Assembly: GCA_964577515.1 (NCBI GenBank)
Contig: CAZNZN010000001.1
Coordinates: forward strand, 876 to 64,875
Origin: an uncultured Candidatus Saccharibacteria bacterium
GTDB taxonomy: Bacteria; Patescibacteriota; Minisyncoccia; Phycocordibacterales; UBA9973
Length of the DNA: 64,000 bases
Direction: 5' to 3'
Shown here: positions 27,169-36,853 of the stretch, one piece after another
Position numbering within the stretch: the first letter of the stretch is position 1
Layout of the letters: each line of letters starts with the position of its first letter
The notes under the pieces: model-generated
What the model was told of the DNA's origin: nothing
What the model saw: the letters and a program-made list of their open reading frames with translations, nothing else
Databases searched by the model: none
Program-made: the position numbers and the translations under genes

Positions 27169-28806
27169 TCAAAAACTTTCCTGTATCCTCACTCGCACCC
27201 CTCCTTTCCAGCCAGCTTCGAGGGTGCCGATAAACGAGATTGTCGCACCAGGAACATATTGATTTTTCATTTCATCACCAACAAAAAAGGTAAACGCAGT
27301 AGCAATCCCTGTAGCATCGCGCACGACACACTCAAGGTGCTCTTTGTTTTTGCCGAACATCTTTGTACTAAGTATTTCGACATCCTCAAAAAGAAATCGT
27401 GGCTCAGGGTTCCCTACACCAAACGGCGCAAGCGCACGGAGCTTTTGTAGATGACGCATCGTTGCGATACCAAGTGGGAATGAAAGCGCATTCTCACTCT
27501 CGGTCGTATCTGCACTATGATCAACACGTTCAATTGCGGCGTTGAGCTCTTGTTCGAGAAAATGTATCTGCTCTTTTGCTACTGCGAACCCTCCTGCTGC
27601 TTGGTGCCCCCCTGCATGAAGCAACACTCCCTCGGGAAGTGCTTGAAAAAGATATGCAGCATGATGCTCGTCGAGCATGCGACATGATCCCTTGATGATA
27701 CCGTCTCCACTTTCGCCCCAAACAAAGAAACTCCGCTCATATGTTTCTTGGAGTTTGGTCGCAACGAGTCCGAGCACTGCTGGTCGCCACGTGAGATCTC
27801 CGAGGACAACAATCGGCGGGAGCTCCCGTGCTTCGAGTTTTTTGTGCGCTTCTTTGACGATACGAGCAACGAGTGTCTTTCGTTCGTTATTGATAGCTTC
27901 GAGTTTCTTGACGATTGCAAGCGCAGTGCTTGTATCTTCTGTTGCAAGGAGTTCAAACGCGAGCATTGGAGTGTCCATACGAGATGCCGCATTTAACCGC
28001 GGCGCAACAGAGAAGGTCAGATCGCTCTCGGTGAGTGTGTCGGGGTTCATATAGTTTTCAGCAAAGAGTGTGCGCAGACCGACGCGTCGAGTCTTTCGCA
28101 TGACGAGGATGCCGTAGGAAGCGAGCATTCTATTTTCTCCGACAAGTGGCACCATATCTGAAAGTGTTGCAAACCCGACTAAGTCGAGAAGCCATTTCTC
28201 CCACCCTTCTTTGATACCAAACTCATCGCGATGTTTTTCGAGAAATGCACAGACGAGATAAAACGCGACCCCCGCACCACAGGGATCACTGTTGGGGTAT
28301 GCACTCTTTTTTGGGTGGACCACTGCAAGCGCACTTGGAAGTTCGGCAAGAGGCTGGTGGTGATCAGTGATGATGACATCGATACCACGACTACGAGCAT
28401 CAGCTACTTCTGCAAGCGCGGTAATCCCGAGGTCTACAGTGATGATGAGCGTCACCTCTTGCGCTTCAAGCGCATCGAGTCCTCGAGTACTCATTCCATA
28501 CCCCTCATCGTGTCTATCAGGGATATATACATGGACTCGGTCAGCGCACCCTACTGCGCGAAAGAGATCGAGAAGGACAACTGCCCCTGGGATACCATCA
28601 CAGTCATAGTCTGCATAAATACCGAGACGCTCACCGTTTTTGATGGCAGTATAAATACGAGAGATAGCGGTGTGCATATCTTCAAAAAGCCAAAGGTCAC
28701 CGAGCGTGTACTCTGGGAAAAGAAACGGTTTCACTCCCGCTTCATCAATACCACGCGCTTCAAGGAGTAGTTTCTGAAATTCATCCGGAGTGGGAATAGT
28801 CTGCAT
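27169..28806 (-). CDS. recJ: single-stranded-DNA-specific exonuclease RecJ
   Basis: DHH (DYDCDG, ITDHH) plus DHHA1 (GGHQAAGG) motifs. Start taken as MQTIPTP. Confidence 0.85.
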   Translation of the reverse strand: MQTIPTPDEFQKLLLEARGIDEAGVKPFLFPEYTLGDLWLFEDMHTAISRIYTAIKNGERLGIYADYDCDGIPGAVVLLDLFRAVGCADRVHVYIPDRHDEGYGMSTRGLDALEAQEVTLIITVDLGITALAEVADARSRGIDVIITDHHQPLAELPSALAVVHPKKSAYPNSDPCGAGVAFYLVCAFLEKHRDEFGIKEGWEKWLLDLVGFATLSDMVPLVGENRMLASYGILVMRKTRRVGLRTLFAENYMNPDTLTESDLTFSVAPRLNAASRMDTPMLAFELLATEDTSTALAIVKKLEAINNERKTLVARIVKEAHKKLEARELPPIVVLGDLTWRPAVLGLVATKLQETYERSFFVWGESGDGIIKGSCRMLDEHHAAYLFQALPEGVLLHAGGHQAAGGFAVAKEQIHFLEQELNAAIERVDHSADTTESENALSFPLGIATMRHLQKLRALAPFGVGNPEPRFLFEDVEILSTKMFGKNKEHLECVVRDATGIATAFTFFVGDEMKNQYVPGATISFIGTLEAGWKGGVRVRIQESF

Positions 28807-28841
28807 GCCAAGAAGTGTACCATGGTACACTTCTTGGCATG
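28804..28841. repeat. 38-bp perfect palindrome spanning the divergent recJ and HIT start codons
   Basis: CATGCCAAGAAGTGTACCATGGTACACTTCTTGGCATG. Confidence 0.9.
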
Positions 28842-29249
28842 GAAAAAACGATATTTCAAAAAATCATTGCTCGAGAAATCCCAGCAATTATTGTCTATGA
28901 AGACGACCGATGTGTGGCAATACTCGACATCAGTCCTATCAACCCAGGCCACACCCTTGTTATTCCTCGCGACCCTTACAAAAATATTTTTGAACTCCCA
29001 AAAGAGTTACTCGCACACCTCTTTTCAGTAGTACAAAAAATTGCAGGAGTACAGAAAAGTGCACTAGGTGCTGATGGTGTAAACATCATTATGAACAACG
29101 ATGCCGCAGCAGGGCAAGTAGTTTTCCATGCACATATCCATGTCATCCCTCGATACACTGGGGACGGTTACGAACATTGGCACAGCAAACGTCCCTACAA
29201 CGAAGGTGAAGCAGACCTTATTGCAGAAAAAATTAAAAATGCATTATAA
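28839..29249 (+). CDS. HIT-family (histidine triad) hydrolase
   Basis: HAHIHVIPR histidine triad. Start taken as MEKTIFQ. Confidence 0.8.
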   Translation: MEKTIFQKIIAREIPAIIVYEDDRCVAILDISPINPGHTLVIPRDPYKNIFELPKELLAHLFSVVQKIAGVQKSALGADGVNIIMNNDAAAGQVVFHAHIHVIPRYTGDGYEHWHSKRPYNEGEADLIAEKIKNAL

Positions 29250-29665
29250 AAAGCTGCCGACAATGTCGGCAGTTCTTTTGTAAAAACAATCGGAACCATT
29301 ATATGGATCCAACTTTTTTCGGTTTCGTCTGTGCGAAAGTACAGCACTACCTTCCCGCCAATATCGGCAAGAACGGGTTCGTAGACCCTGTCCCCTAAAG
29401 AACACGAGAAAACGGGTGTCTTCCCAGACACTCCTCGCTCTTCCCATATACAGAACATGTAGGAAGAATCCTTACCTTCTCCAACCTTCACAAGCGCCGC
29501 TTGTAAAAGAGCGAGAGGGGAGGAAAAAGTTTTTTCAATGTTCATACATTCAGGAAGCGCAAAGCGTTCGACAGGGTTCCCTATGGGGCCACCATAGGGA
29601 CGGCCTTGTCCTTTCGCACACAGTGTGACGACAAGGGACAATAAAATGCAGAGAATCTTTTTCAT
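29195..29665 (-). CDS. small secreted/lipoprotein-like hypothetical protein
   Basis: Signal peptide MKKILCILLSLVVTLCAKG with a possible lipobox. Its 3' end overlaps the HIT gene and its terminator, so the call is uncertain. Confidence 0.35.
   Translation of the reverse strand: MKKILCILLSLVVTLCAKGQGRPYGGPIGNPVERFALPECMNIEKTFSSPLALLQAALVKVGEGKDSSYMFCIWEERGVSGKTPVFSCSLGDRVYEPVLADIGGKVVLYFRTDETEKSWIHIMVPIVFTKELPTLSAAFYNAFLIFSAIRSASPSL
29251..29280 (+). terminator. intrinsic terminator after the HIT gene
   Basis: CTGCCGAC-loop-GTCGGCAG followed by TTCTTTTG. Confidence 0.5.
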
Positions 29666-29712
29666 ACAAAAAGTTTTCTTAACTGTATATGAGTCAAACA
29701 ATAAGTCAACAC

Positions 29713-29737
29713 AAAAGCCCGGAGAACCGGGCTTTTT
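29713..29737. terminator. intrinsic terminator after pgk (end of the pilus-tpiA-pgk operon)
   Basis: AAAA-GCCCGG-AGAA-CCGGGC-TTTTT. Confidence 0.55.
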
Positions 29738-29796
29738 AATTTTTTTCTTAGGACTTGGAAGTGGAGTGAGCCCTACCTTGGTTTTTCATAATTGCG

Positions 29797-30921
29797 CTAT
29801 TTCAACGATTGTATCCCAGGAAGTGTTCCTTTTGCAAGATATTCAATAGTAGCACCCCCTCCTGTAGAGACAAAAATATTTTTTTTGCCAAGTGTTTTTT
29901 GTTCGACCACTGCCCCAGTGTCCCCTCCACCGATCAGTACTGATGCTTTGGTCGAAGCCATAGCATCCGCGAGCCCAAGTGTTCCTTTGGTGAACCCTTT
30001 TTCATACCATCCTGTAGGCCCATTCCAGACTACGACCTTTGCTTGTGCTATTTTTGCAGCAATAAGCGCTACACTCTGAGGACCAATATCAACGATAACA
30101 TCTCCCTTTTCTACAGCATCAATAGTAACCGCTGTTTTCTTTTCATCACGAAGTACAACAACATCAACAGGTAAGAGCACTTTTGGAGAACGAAGTAGCG
30201 TAGCGATCTCTTTTTCATACCCATTTTCCACGACTGACCTCCCGACTTCAAGTCCTGCAGTTTTATAGAAAGCATTGAGTATTGCTCCTGCGATCACTAC
30301 CTGATCGGCATCTTTTATAAAACGTTTCAAAAGAGGAATCTTGGTACTAAACTTTGCTCCACCGAGAATAAACAAGAAAGGATGCTTTTTATTTTCGAAA
30401 AGTGGCGCAATAGCACGTAGTTCTTTTTCTAGCTGGATACCAGCATATGAGGGGAGGTAGCGTGGCACTCCGACCACTGACGCATGCGCTCGGTGTGAAA
30501 CAGAGAAAGCGTCATTGACATACACCTCTGCAAGACCAGCAAGTGTCTTAGAAAATGATGCAGCATTTTTTTCTTCTTCAGGATATTGACGAATATTCTC
30601 AAAAAGCATTACGGTGTCTTGTGTAACTGCAGCACAAAGCTCGACAATCGCGCTGGTGTTGTAGAGTGGTTCAGTAATAAACACTGTTTTGAACTTGTTG
30701 GAAAGGTATGTTGCAATAGGACGTAGTGAAAGTGACGCATCACCAAGGTGTGCAAGCAGGAGTACCTGGTAGCCTTTCCTCTGCAAAGTTTGGATAGAAG
30801 CTACTGCCGCATCAATACGTCGAGTATCGAGTATTTTGTTCCCTTTTAACGGAACATTGAAGTCTACACGAACAAGCGCTCGACCTTTTTTTGTTTTTGG
30901 AATAGTAGTAAGTGATTTCAT
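29797..30921 (-). CDS. pgk: phosphoglycerate kinase
   Basis: Pgk N and C domains (RVDFNVPL..., GGGA...). 374 aa. Confidence 0.95.
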   Translation of the reverse strand: MKSLTTIPKTKKGRALVRVDFNVPLKGNKILDTRRIDAAVASIQTLQRKGYQVLLLAHLGDASLSLRPIATYLSNKFKTVFITEPLYNTSAIVELCAAVTQDTVMLFENIRQYPEEEKNAASFSKTLAGLAEVYVNDAFSVSHRAHASVVGVPRYLPSYAGIQLEKELRAIAPLFENKKHPFLFILGGAKFSTKIPLLKRFIKDADQVVIAGAILNAFYKTAGLEVGRSVVENGYEKEIATLLRSPKVLLPVDVVVLRDEKKTAVTIDAVEKGDVIVDIGPQSVALIAAKIAQAKVVVWNGPTGWYEKGFTKGTLGLADAMASTKASVLIGGGDTGAVVEQKTLGKKNIFVSTGGGATIEYLAKGTLPGIQSLK

Positions 30922-30925
30922 ACGG

Positions 30926-31708
30926 TTACGCGAGAAGTGCTATATTTTTTGCGAGCATTGCAAAACGGCGCGCATCAAGACTTACCCGACCAACAAGAAA
31001 GCCTTGTGCACCACCTTCACTAACAAATGCTGCAGCATTCTGTTCGTTGACAGAGCCTCCATAAAGGATAGTAACCTTCTGACTCTCTTTTTCACCGAGA
31101 GCATCAGCAATCACTTTTCTAATAAAAATCACCATTTCTCGACACTCTACAGGCGTTGCTTCACGTACTGCATTTTTTCCAATAGCCCAGACTGGTTCAT
31201 AAGCGATCACTAGCTGTTTTAACTGCGCTTTTGGTATGCTTGTTACTACTTTTTCTACTTGTTCTTTGACAGTACTCAAATACCACCCATGCGCATCACG
31301 TTCTTTTTCTCCAACACAAACAATAGGGATAATCTTCTTCTGCAAAAGAAGCTCCGCAGAAAGTGCTACCTGTTCATCGGTTTCTCCACGAGCACGACTT
31401 TCTGAGTGGCCGACAATACAATACTGCGCACCGTATGACTTGAGCATCCCAGCGCTTACGAGCCCTGTCTGAGCTATCTCGCTCATTGCAGCTACTCCCT
31501 GTGCTCCTACAGCGAGTGTTTTCTTACTCTGTTTTGTAATAAAAGGAAGGTGTATTGTCGGAACACAAACAGCAACACCAATTTTTTTATAGGTTCGAGC
31601 AATAGCAAGCGTTTTTTTAGCAAGTGAGAGAGCATCAGAAGCTTTTTCTGGTGCCATTTTCCAATTCCCAATCAAAAGTATCATAGGAAGCAGTATACCA
31701 CGCCGCAA
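30926..31708 (-). CDS. tpiA: triosephosphate isomerase
   Basis: GNWKM, IVGHSESR, and GGS loop motifs. The true start may be the internal MILLIGNWKM. Confidence 0.9.
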   Translation of the reverse strand: MRRGILLPMILLIGNWKMAPEKASDALSLAKKTLAIARTYKKIGVAVCVPTIHLPFITKQSKKTLAVGAQGVAAMSEIAQTGLVSAGMLKSYGAQYCIVGHSESRARGETDEQVALSAELLLQKKIIPIVCVGEKERDAHGWYLSTVKEQVEKVVTSIPKAQLKQLVIAYEPVWAIGKNAVREATPVECREMVIFIRKVIADALGEKESQKVTILYGGSVNEQNAAAFVSEGGAQGFLVGRVSLDARRFAMLAKNIALLA

Positions 31709-31711
31709 ATG

Positions 31712-33199
31712 TTACTCTTCGAGCTCTTCCCAGAGAATGATTTGGTATTTGTCAGATGCAAGCGGAAAATTTGGGGGTGGCGCATAGAGAAGGTTTGTAT
31801 CGTAGGTAATAGTACGAGTATCATATCCTGTGCCATCAGTATATGCATACCCATATCGTTGATTTGTCCCAAGCATTCCATAAAGCGAGATGCTATTGCG
31901 ATACACGTTGCTTCCACAATAGTTTGTCCCCCCACCATTTGTTGGAGGATCATAGTACGGCCGACCAATACGTCCATTTTGAGCAATCAATGCAGCATCA
32001 ATTTTAAGATTATTTGCTGAAAATAGCCCTGTAGTAATGTTATTTTGAGCAACAAGAGCAATAACATCTGACCCGTCATAATTGGTATAGCTCAGGTTAT
32101 TATTAACAATGATAGATCTTCGAGTTGTCGCGTTGTCAGGAAAACGAGCAGCCGCAATAGTAATTCTAGCGGTGTTTATTTGCCCCTCAACCCATACGTT
32201 GTCATCAACATAAATCAACCCATTAGAAGGTATCGTGTAATTTGCAACAAATGTTTTAGTGCCTATGCTCCAAGTACCCCAGTTTGCCTCACCAGTAACA
32301 TTTGTACAGTTATTTGGTGCAGCAGTGAGTGTATTTACCTTATACACATCAAAAGTATCATTTGTTTTGAGGATTATTTGGTACCCTTGAGCTCCAGACG
32401 GCAGAAGCGCTACTCCTCCTGCTTGCGCCTGTGTTTTGATTGTTGCGAGATCGTTTGTAATCCCAGCAAAATCAACAGCAGGAACAGGAAATGATCGTCC
32501 AGCCTTAAAAACATCTGTCCGAGTAGCAATTGAAGAAGGCGGTGCTTCTGCTGGACGAAAAGAAGTGTTTACCGTACCTGTACCAGCAGTAATATGCGTA
32601 TGAACACCAAACTCATTTCCCCCACTATGATCAGGATCATCGTAGGAAGTCTTTGCACTAGTTATTTTGTTCCATGCAACTCCATCAAAACGGATTCCTC
32701 CGTTTGAATGCAATGGCCCATACACAATAGTCCCTTCTCCAAAACGAATATCCGCATTCGCAAGTACTGAGTATTTTGCCAAAGAAGGGATAGCAAGATG
32801 GACAATGATGCTTCGAGAAGCTGAAGTATCAGCAAGCGCTGTTCCTGTTGATTTTATTTTTACCAATGTTGATCCGTCTGGTGGTGGTGTAATACTGAGT
32901 GTGTAAGTACCAATTTGTTGCCCCTCTTTGTCAGTAAACGGGTATGTATACGGTCCGGCCCCAGCATTTCCGAGAGTGTACCCATTCTGATAATGTGCCA
33001 AATACCATCGTGCATACTCGATACCAGCTTCTGCTATCTGCAAGGACACCTCTCTGCTTTGCACTCGTCGAGAAAGTTTTGTACTTGTCGCTCCCCATGA
33101 AACAAATGCGACAACCACCGTTATACTAATTGCCGCAAAAATCAACACCCCCATAAGAAGCATCCCTTTTTGTTTTAAGGTGTAAAGATTTTTTCTCAT
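31712..33199 (-). CDS. PilX-like minor pilin / pilus-associated protein
   Basis: N-terminal KQKGMLLMGVLIFAAISITVVVAF resembles the PilX N-terminal domain. The rest is a Gly/Thr/Asn-rich beta-rich region. Confidence 0.5.
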   Translation of the reverse strand: MRKNLYTLKQKGMLLMGVLIFAAISITVVVAFVSWGATSTKLSRRVQSREVSLQIAEAGIEYARWYLAHYQNGYTLGNAGAGPYTYPFTDKEGQQIGTYTLSITPPPDGSTLVKIKSTGTALADTSASRSIIVHLAIPSLAKYSVLANADIRFGEGTIVYGPLHSNGGIRFDGVAWNKITSAKTSYDDPDHSGGNEFGVHTHITAGTGTVNTSFRPAEAPPSSIATRTDVFKAGRSFPVPAVDFAGITNDLATIKTQAQAGGVALLPSGAQGYQIILKTNDTFDVYKVNTLTAAPNNCTNVTGEANWGTWSIGTKTFVANYTIPSNGLIYVDDNVWVEGQINTARITIAAARFPDNATTRRSIIVNNNLSYTNYDGSDVIALVAQNNITTGLFSANNLKIDAALIAQNGRIGRPYYDPPTNGGGTNYCGSNVYRNSISLYGMLGTNQRYGYAYTDGTGYDTRTITYDTNLLYAPPPNFPLASDKYQIILWEELEE

Positions 33200-33828
33200 T
33201 GTTGTATTTTAAGGTTACGAATAGCGACCTGCGAACTGACTTCTGCTACAGGAGGAGGTTGCTTTGTATCTTGATCAATTCTTATCTTAATACCAATCAA
33301 GCGCACCGACTCCAAAGCACCCGAAGTTGGGTCAACAATACCTCCAGAGCCTCCAGTATAGGTATCACTATAATAGGTAAACATAGAGATACTTTCAGAT
33401 TGATTTCTGACCCCTGTCATAAAGGTAGTAGTTATTTTATTTGCTTGGTTATAGACAAGCGGGTTCCCTGTTGGTTTAATCACTTCTTTTATTAGATTCG
33501 TCCCTGAAACACTGTACTTAACCCATTCTTTTAAATTATCATTATCAATATCGCTATAGAAAGAGAAGCTATAGGCCCCTATTGCATCAATCGGGTACGC
33601 ACCAGCATTTGAAGGGCTCGATGAACGAATTTCTTCAGTCATTGGACGAAGGAGTTTTTGTGCACTATCGGCAGTAGAAAGTGTATTATTAAAATATCGC
33701 CCATAAGAGAAAACATCTGCTTCAAACTTTCCAATAACAACACTGAGTACTCCGACGATAGCAACAACGACAAGAATCTCAATGAGTGTAAGTCCTTTAT
33801 TCTTATGGAGTGATTGTTGTTGTATCAT
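33196..33828 (-). CDS. type IV pilin-like protein (prepilin N-terminal methylation motif)
   Basis: KGLTLIEILVVVAIVGVL class-III signal (G/TLIE). Start overlaps the upstream gene. Confidence 0.7.
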   Translation of the reverse strand: MIQQQSLHKNKGLTLIEILVVVAIVGVLSVVIGKFEADVFSYGRYFNNTLSTADSAQKLLRPMTEEIRSSSPSNAGAYPIDAIGAYSFSFYSDIDNDNLKEWVKYSVSGTNLIKEVIKPTGNPLVYNQANKITTTFMTGVRNQSESISMFTYYSDTYTGGSGGIVDPTSGALESVRLIGIKIRIDQDTKQPPPVAEVSSQVAIRNLKIQQ

Positions 33829-35572
33829 ACGTATCACCATTAATTGTAATATCTTTTACTACTGACGTATAGCCGGACTTACTTATAATCATACTGTATA
33901 TACCGTTTGAAAGTCCCCCAAAGTCAATCTGCCCAGGAGGAAGACATCCAGAAGAGTATGTAATACCTATATCACTTATACTTGGTGTTTTGGTTGTATC
34001 AATGGTTGAAAGAAATATCTTATAACGAAGGTATTGGTCTCCATTATGACTATCAGCGATATCTGCTCCGTTCACTGTGTAGTATGTTTGATCTGTGCCA
34101 TCAGGACCGACAAAGTTCCATGTTGTAGCATCATTATTGGTTGCTATTTGAAAACGTATCGCACTTGCTCCTACTCCAACAGGCTGAGTCCCTGGGAGCC
34201 AAGATAGTTGCTGAAATGTTGTCGGCGCACCAAAGTCGATAGTTGAAGAGGTAAGCGATCCGTTTTGAATGTATAGTCCAGCGCTTCCCAAAAGAGTGAT
34301 TGCTCCAACCGTGCTGTAGTCAATATTTCCATCAGAAGAAGCAAATTTTGTTTCATCGGTAAACAATGACTGTCCGCCACCACCGCTCCAATCTGTCTGC
34401 GTTAGCGAGCCGACACTTGTTTGACCACTACGACTTGCTGGACCGGAAAGAGCTACAGTAGCACCTGCGACAGGAAGACCTGAAGCATCAACAACTGCAA
34501 CAACAAGACGGTTGGGGGCTTCATCGTCTAGTGTAAGCGTCACTTGCGGCGCAGCTCCGGGCGAAATTGATAGCGGAGCAATAGGGTTGGTCCCCACAAT
34601 ATCGTATGTTGTCCCATTAATAACAGGAGAGTACGTGTCCCATTCAATACCTGAAAGGGTCAATGTACTTCCTGTCACAGAAAAAGGAATAGTAGTTTTT
34701 CTAACATCAGGGCTAGTTCCTATAAGTTTTGTTCCTACAAAACTACCAGATACACCACTGATGACAGTACATTGTGTAGTGCGCAAAGCAAGTGTTACTG
34801 TTGCGGTTGTATCAATAGCAAACGTTGATTGTGTAACAGTATTTGCAGCAACAGTAAGATGCGGCTTCACTGGATTAGGGTTACCTGTATCACCAGGCGT
34901 ATAGGTTCGGTCAACAGAATACCCTGATTTTGTCACAGTGATTTTATACTGCTCCGTCGAAGGAGGAGCATCAACAATAGTAAGCACCCCGTTCGTATCG
35001 GTAGTATCAGTAATGTTCACCTGTGGATTTAAGGCGGTGTTTTGTATTGTTACAGTAGCAGCAGGAACAGGTGCACCATTTGCATCAATAGCTTTTATTA
35101 TAAGCGCACCATTTCCATTTTCGGTTTCTAACCCTTTAGGAGCAACACCACTAGTATATTCAGCGGTAACAGGAGTAATACAAGAAGTGCACGCTACCTC
35201 TATAGAAACAAGTTTGTTGTCTGCAGGAGATAAATCGTTTGGTGTACCACCAAGGGTGCCATCCGCAGGGTAATCAATGTTACGAATTGTTGTTGTGACA
35301 AGAAAAGTAATACCGTTACGAACAACAGTCGCTGTCTGCGCAACGATTCCTGAAGGGATACCGTTTATTGTTCCAACATCTGTATATTGGAGGTTACGAA
35401 TAAATTCCATTTTTTCACTGGCGATCTGCGTTGCGATAGTCTTAACACGGATCCGTGTCGCAACTTCAGAAAGCTTTGCATATAATTGATATAGTGCTAC
35501 CGAGAAAACAACAAAAACAGCTGCTGCCACAAGTGTTTCTATAAGTGTTGTTCCTCGCTGAGAGCGACGCAT
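33803..35572 (-). CDS. large (589 aa) type IV pilin-like protein with carboxypeptidase-regulatory-like beta-sandwich repeats
   Basis: RGTTLIETLVAAAVFVV prepilin motif. Repeated ATVTIQNT...TDTNGVLTI-like segments. Confidence 0.65.
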   Translation of the reverse strand: MRRSQRGTTLIETLVAAAVFVVFSVALYQLYAKLSEVATRIRVKTIATQIASEKMEFIRNLQYTDVGTINGIPSGIVAQTATVVRNGITFLVTTTIRNIDYPADGTLGGTPNDLSPADNKLVSIEVACTSCITPVTAEYTSGVAPKGLETENGNGALIIKAIDANGAPVPAATVTIQNTALNPQVNITDTTDTNGVLTIVDAPPSTEQYKITVTKSGYSVDRTYTPGDTGNPNPVKPHLTVAANTVTQSTFAIDTTATVTLALRTTQCTVISGVSGSFVGTKLIGTSPDVRKTTIPFSVTGSTLTLSGIEWDTYSPVINGTTYDIVGTNPIAPLSISPGAAPQVTLTLDDEAPNRLVVAVVDASGLPVAGATVALSGPASRSGQTSVGSLTQTDWSGGGGQSLFTDETKFASSDGNIDYSTVGAITLLGSAGLYIQNGSLTSSTIDFGAPTTFQQLSWLPGTQPVGVGASAIRFQIATNNDATTWNFVGPDGTDQTYYTVNGADIADSHNGDQYLRYKIFLSTIDTTKTPSISDIGITYSSGCLPPGQIDFGGLSNGIYSMIISKSGYTSVVKDITINGDTYDTTTITP

Positions 35573-35579
35573 GGTATTG

Positions 35580-36788
35580 TTATTTAATTGAATCCATTAT
35601 TGAATACATAGGAGAGAGCATTGAAACCGCAAAAAATCCAACAGCTGCTCCGATAAAAATCATAAGTACTGGTTCAATAATCGTCGAGAGATCTTTAGTT
35701 TTATTATCGACTTCTCCTTCATAAAAAGTAGCGACGTCTAAAAGCATCGTTCCAAGATTTCCTGTCTCCTCTCCTACTTCTATCATCTCGCTCATCATCA
35801 CAGGGTAGAGTTGTGTATGTGTTTTAAATACTCCAGAAATAGGAGCACCTTTCTGCACTGCAGCTTCGACTTCTTCAAGCACTTCTTTATAATACGCGTT
35901 TTGCACAACCTCTTTTGTAATAGCAATCGCTCGACTAATAGAAACGCCTGACCCTAGAAGAGATGAAAGTGTTCGCGTTGTACGAGCAGTATTCACTTCC
36001 TTTGCAATCCCTCCAACAACAGGAAGACGTGTAGAAAGCCAATCAATCATCCTTTTTGTTCTTGGTATCTTACTTATCGCTACTCCAAGACCAACAACCG
36101 CAGCAAGCGCGAGGAAAACTAACAGCACATGATTTGATATCAAGTCACTAAGTCCTATAACAAATTTTGTTGAACCAGGAAGTTCTGTACCAAGATCTTT
36201 AAAAGTCTTCGTGAGTGTTGGGACAACATAAATAAACATAAGTATCGCTATAAGTATGATCGCTGACATGATGATAGATGGGTACATCATTGCGCTTTTT
36301 ATTTTTTTATTTAACGCATAACTTTTTTCAAGGTTAAGCCCGATTTCATTGAGTGTTTTTGGGAGACCACCTGACTCTTCTCCTGCGCGAACCATAGCAA
36401 CAAACAGCGGTGAAAACACTTTGGGAAACTTTGTAAGCCCTTCAGAGAACGTCCCTCCTTTATCAATTGTTTCTGAGAGTGTTTGGATTATTTTTTTAAA
36501 GTAAGCATTTGTAGTCTGCTTAGAGAGTACCTGAAACGCTCTCGAAAGAGAGAGTCCTGCGCGAAGCATCCCTGAAAGATTTTTAGTAAAGATAATTTTT
36601 TCACTCAGCTTAACACTGTTACCTATAAAAGGAATAGTGATATTCATAGCCCCCTTCTTTTCTTCAAGCATAACAGGTGAAAGCCCTTGATTTTTTAGCG
36701 CAACAATAGCAGTTGCTTTATCATCGGCCTCGAGGGTTCCACTCACTACTCTTCCTGTTACTTGTCGTGCTTTGTAAGAAAACTTCAT
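35580..36788 (-). CDS. pilC: type IV pilus assembly platform protein PilC (GspF family)
   Basis: 402 aa. Two T2SSF repeats and 3 TM helices. Confidence 0.85.
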   Translation of the reverse strand: MKFSYKARQVTGRVVSGTLEADDKATAIVALKNQGLSPVMLEEKKGAMNITIPFIGNSVKLSEKIIFTKNLSGMLRAGLSLSRAFQVLSKQTTNAYFKKIIQTLSETIDKGGTFSEGLTKFPKVFSPLFVAMVRAGEESGGLPKTLNEIGLNLEKSYALNKKIKSAMMYPSIIMSAIILIAILMFIYVVPTLTKTFKDLGTELPGSTKFVIGLSDLISNHVLLVFLALAAVVGLGVAISKIPRTKRMIDWLSTRLPVVGGIAKEVNTARTTRTLSSLLGSGVSISRAIAITKEVVQNAYYKEVLEEVEAAVQKGAPISGVFKTHTQLYPVMMSEMIEVGEETGNLGTMLLDVATFYEGEVDNKTKDLSTIIEPVLMIFIGAAVGFFAVSMLSPMYSIMDSIK

Positions 36789-36853
36789 GTCTCTCTAGTA
36801 TACCGTGTGACATAAAAAAAACGACCCTTGGTAGGATCGTTTTGTTGAAAACA

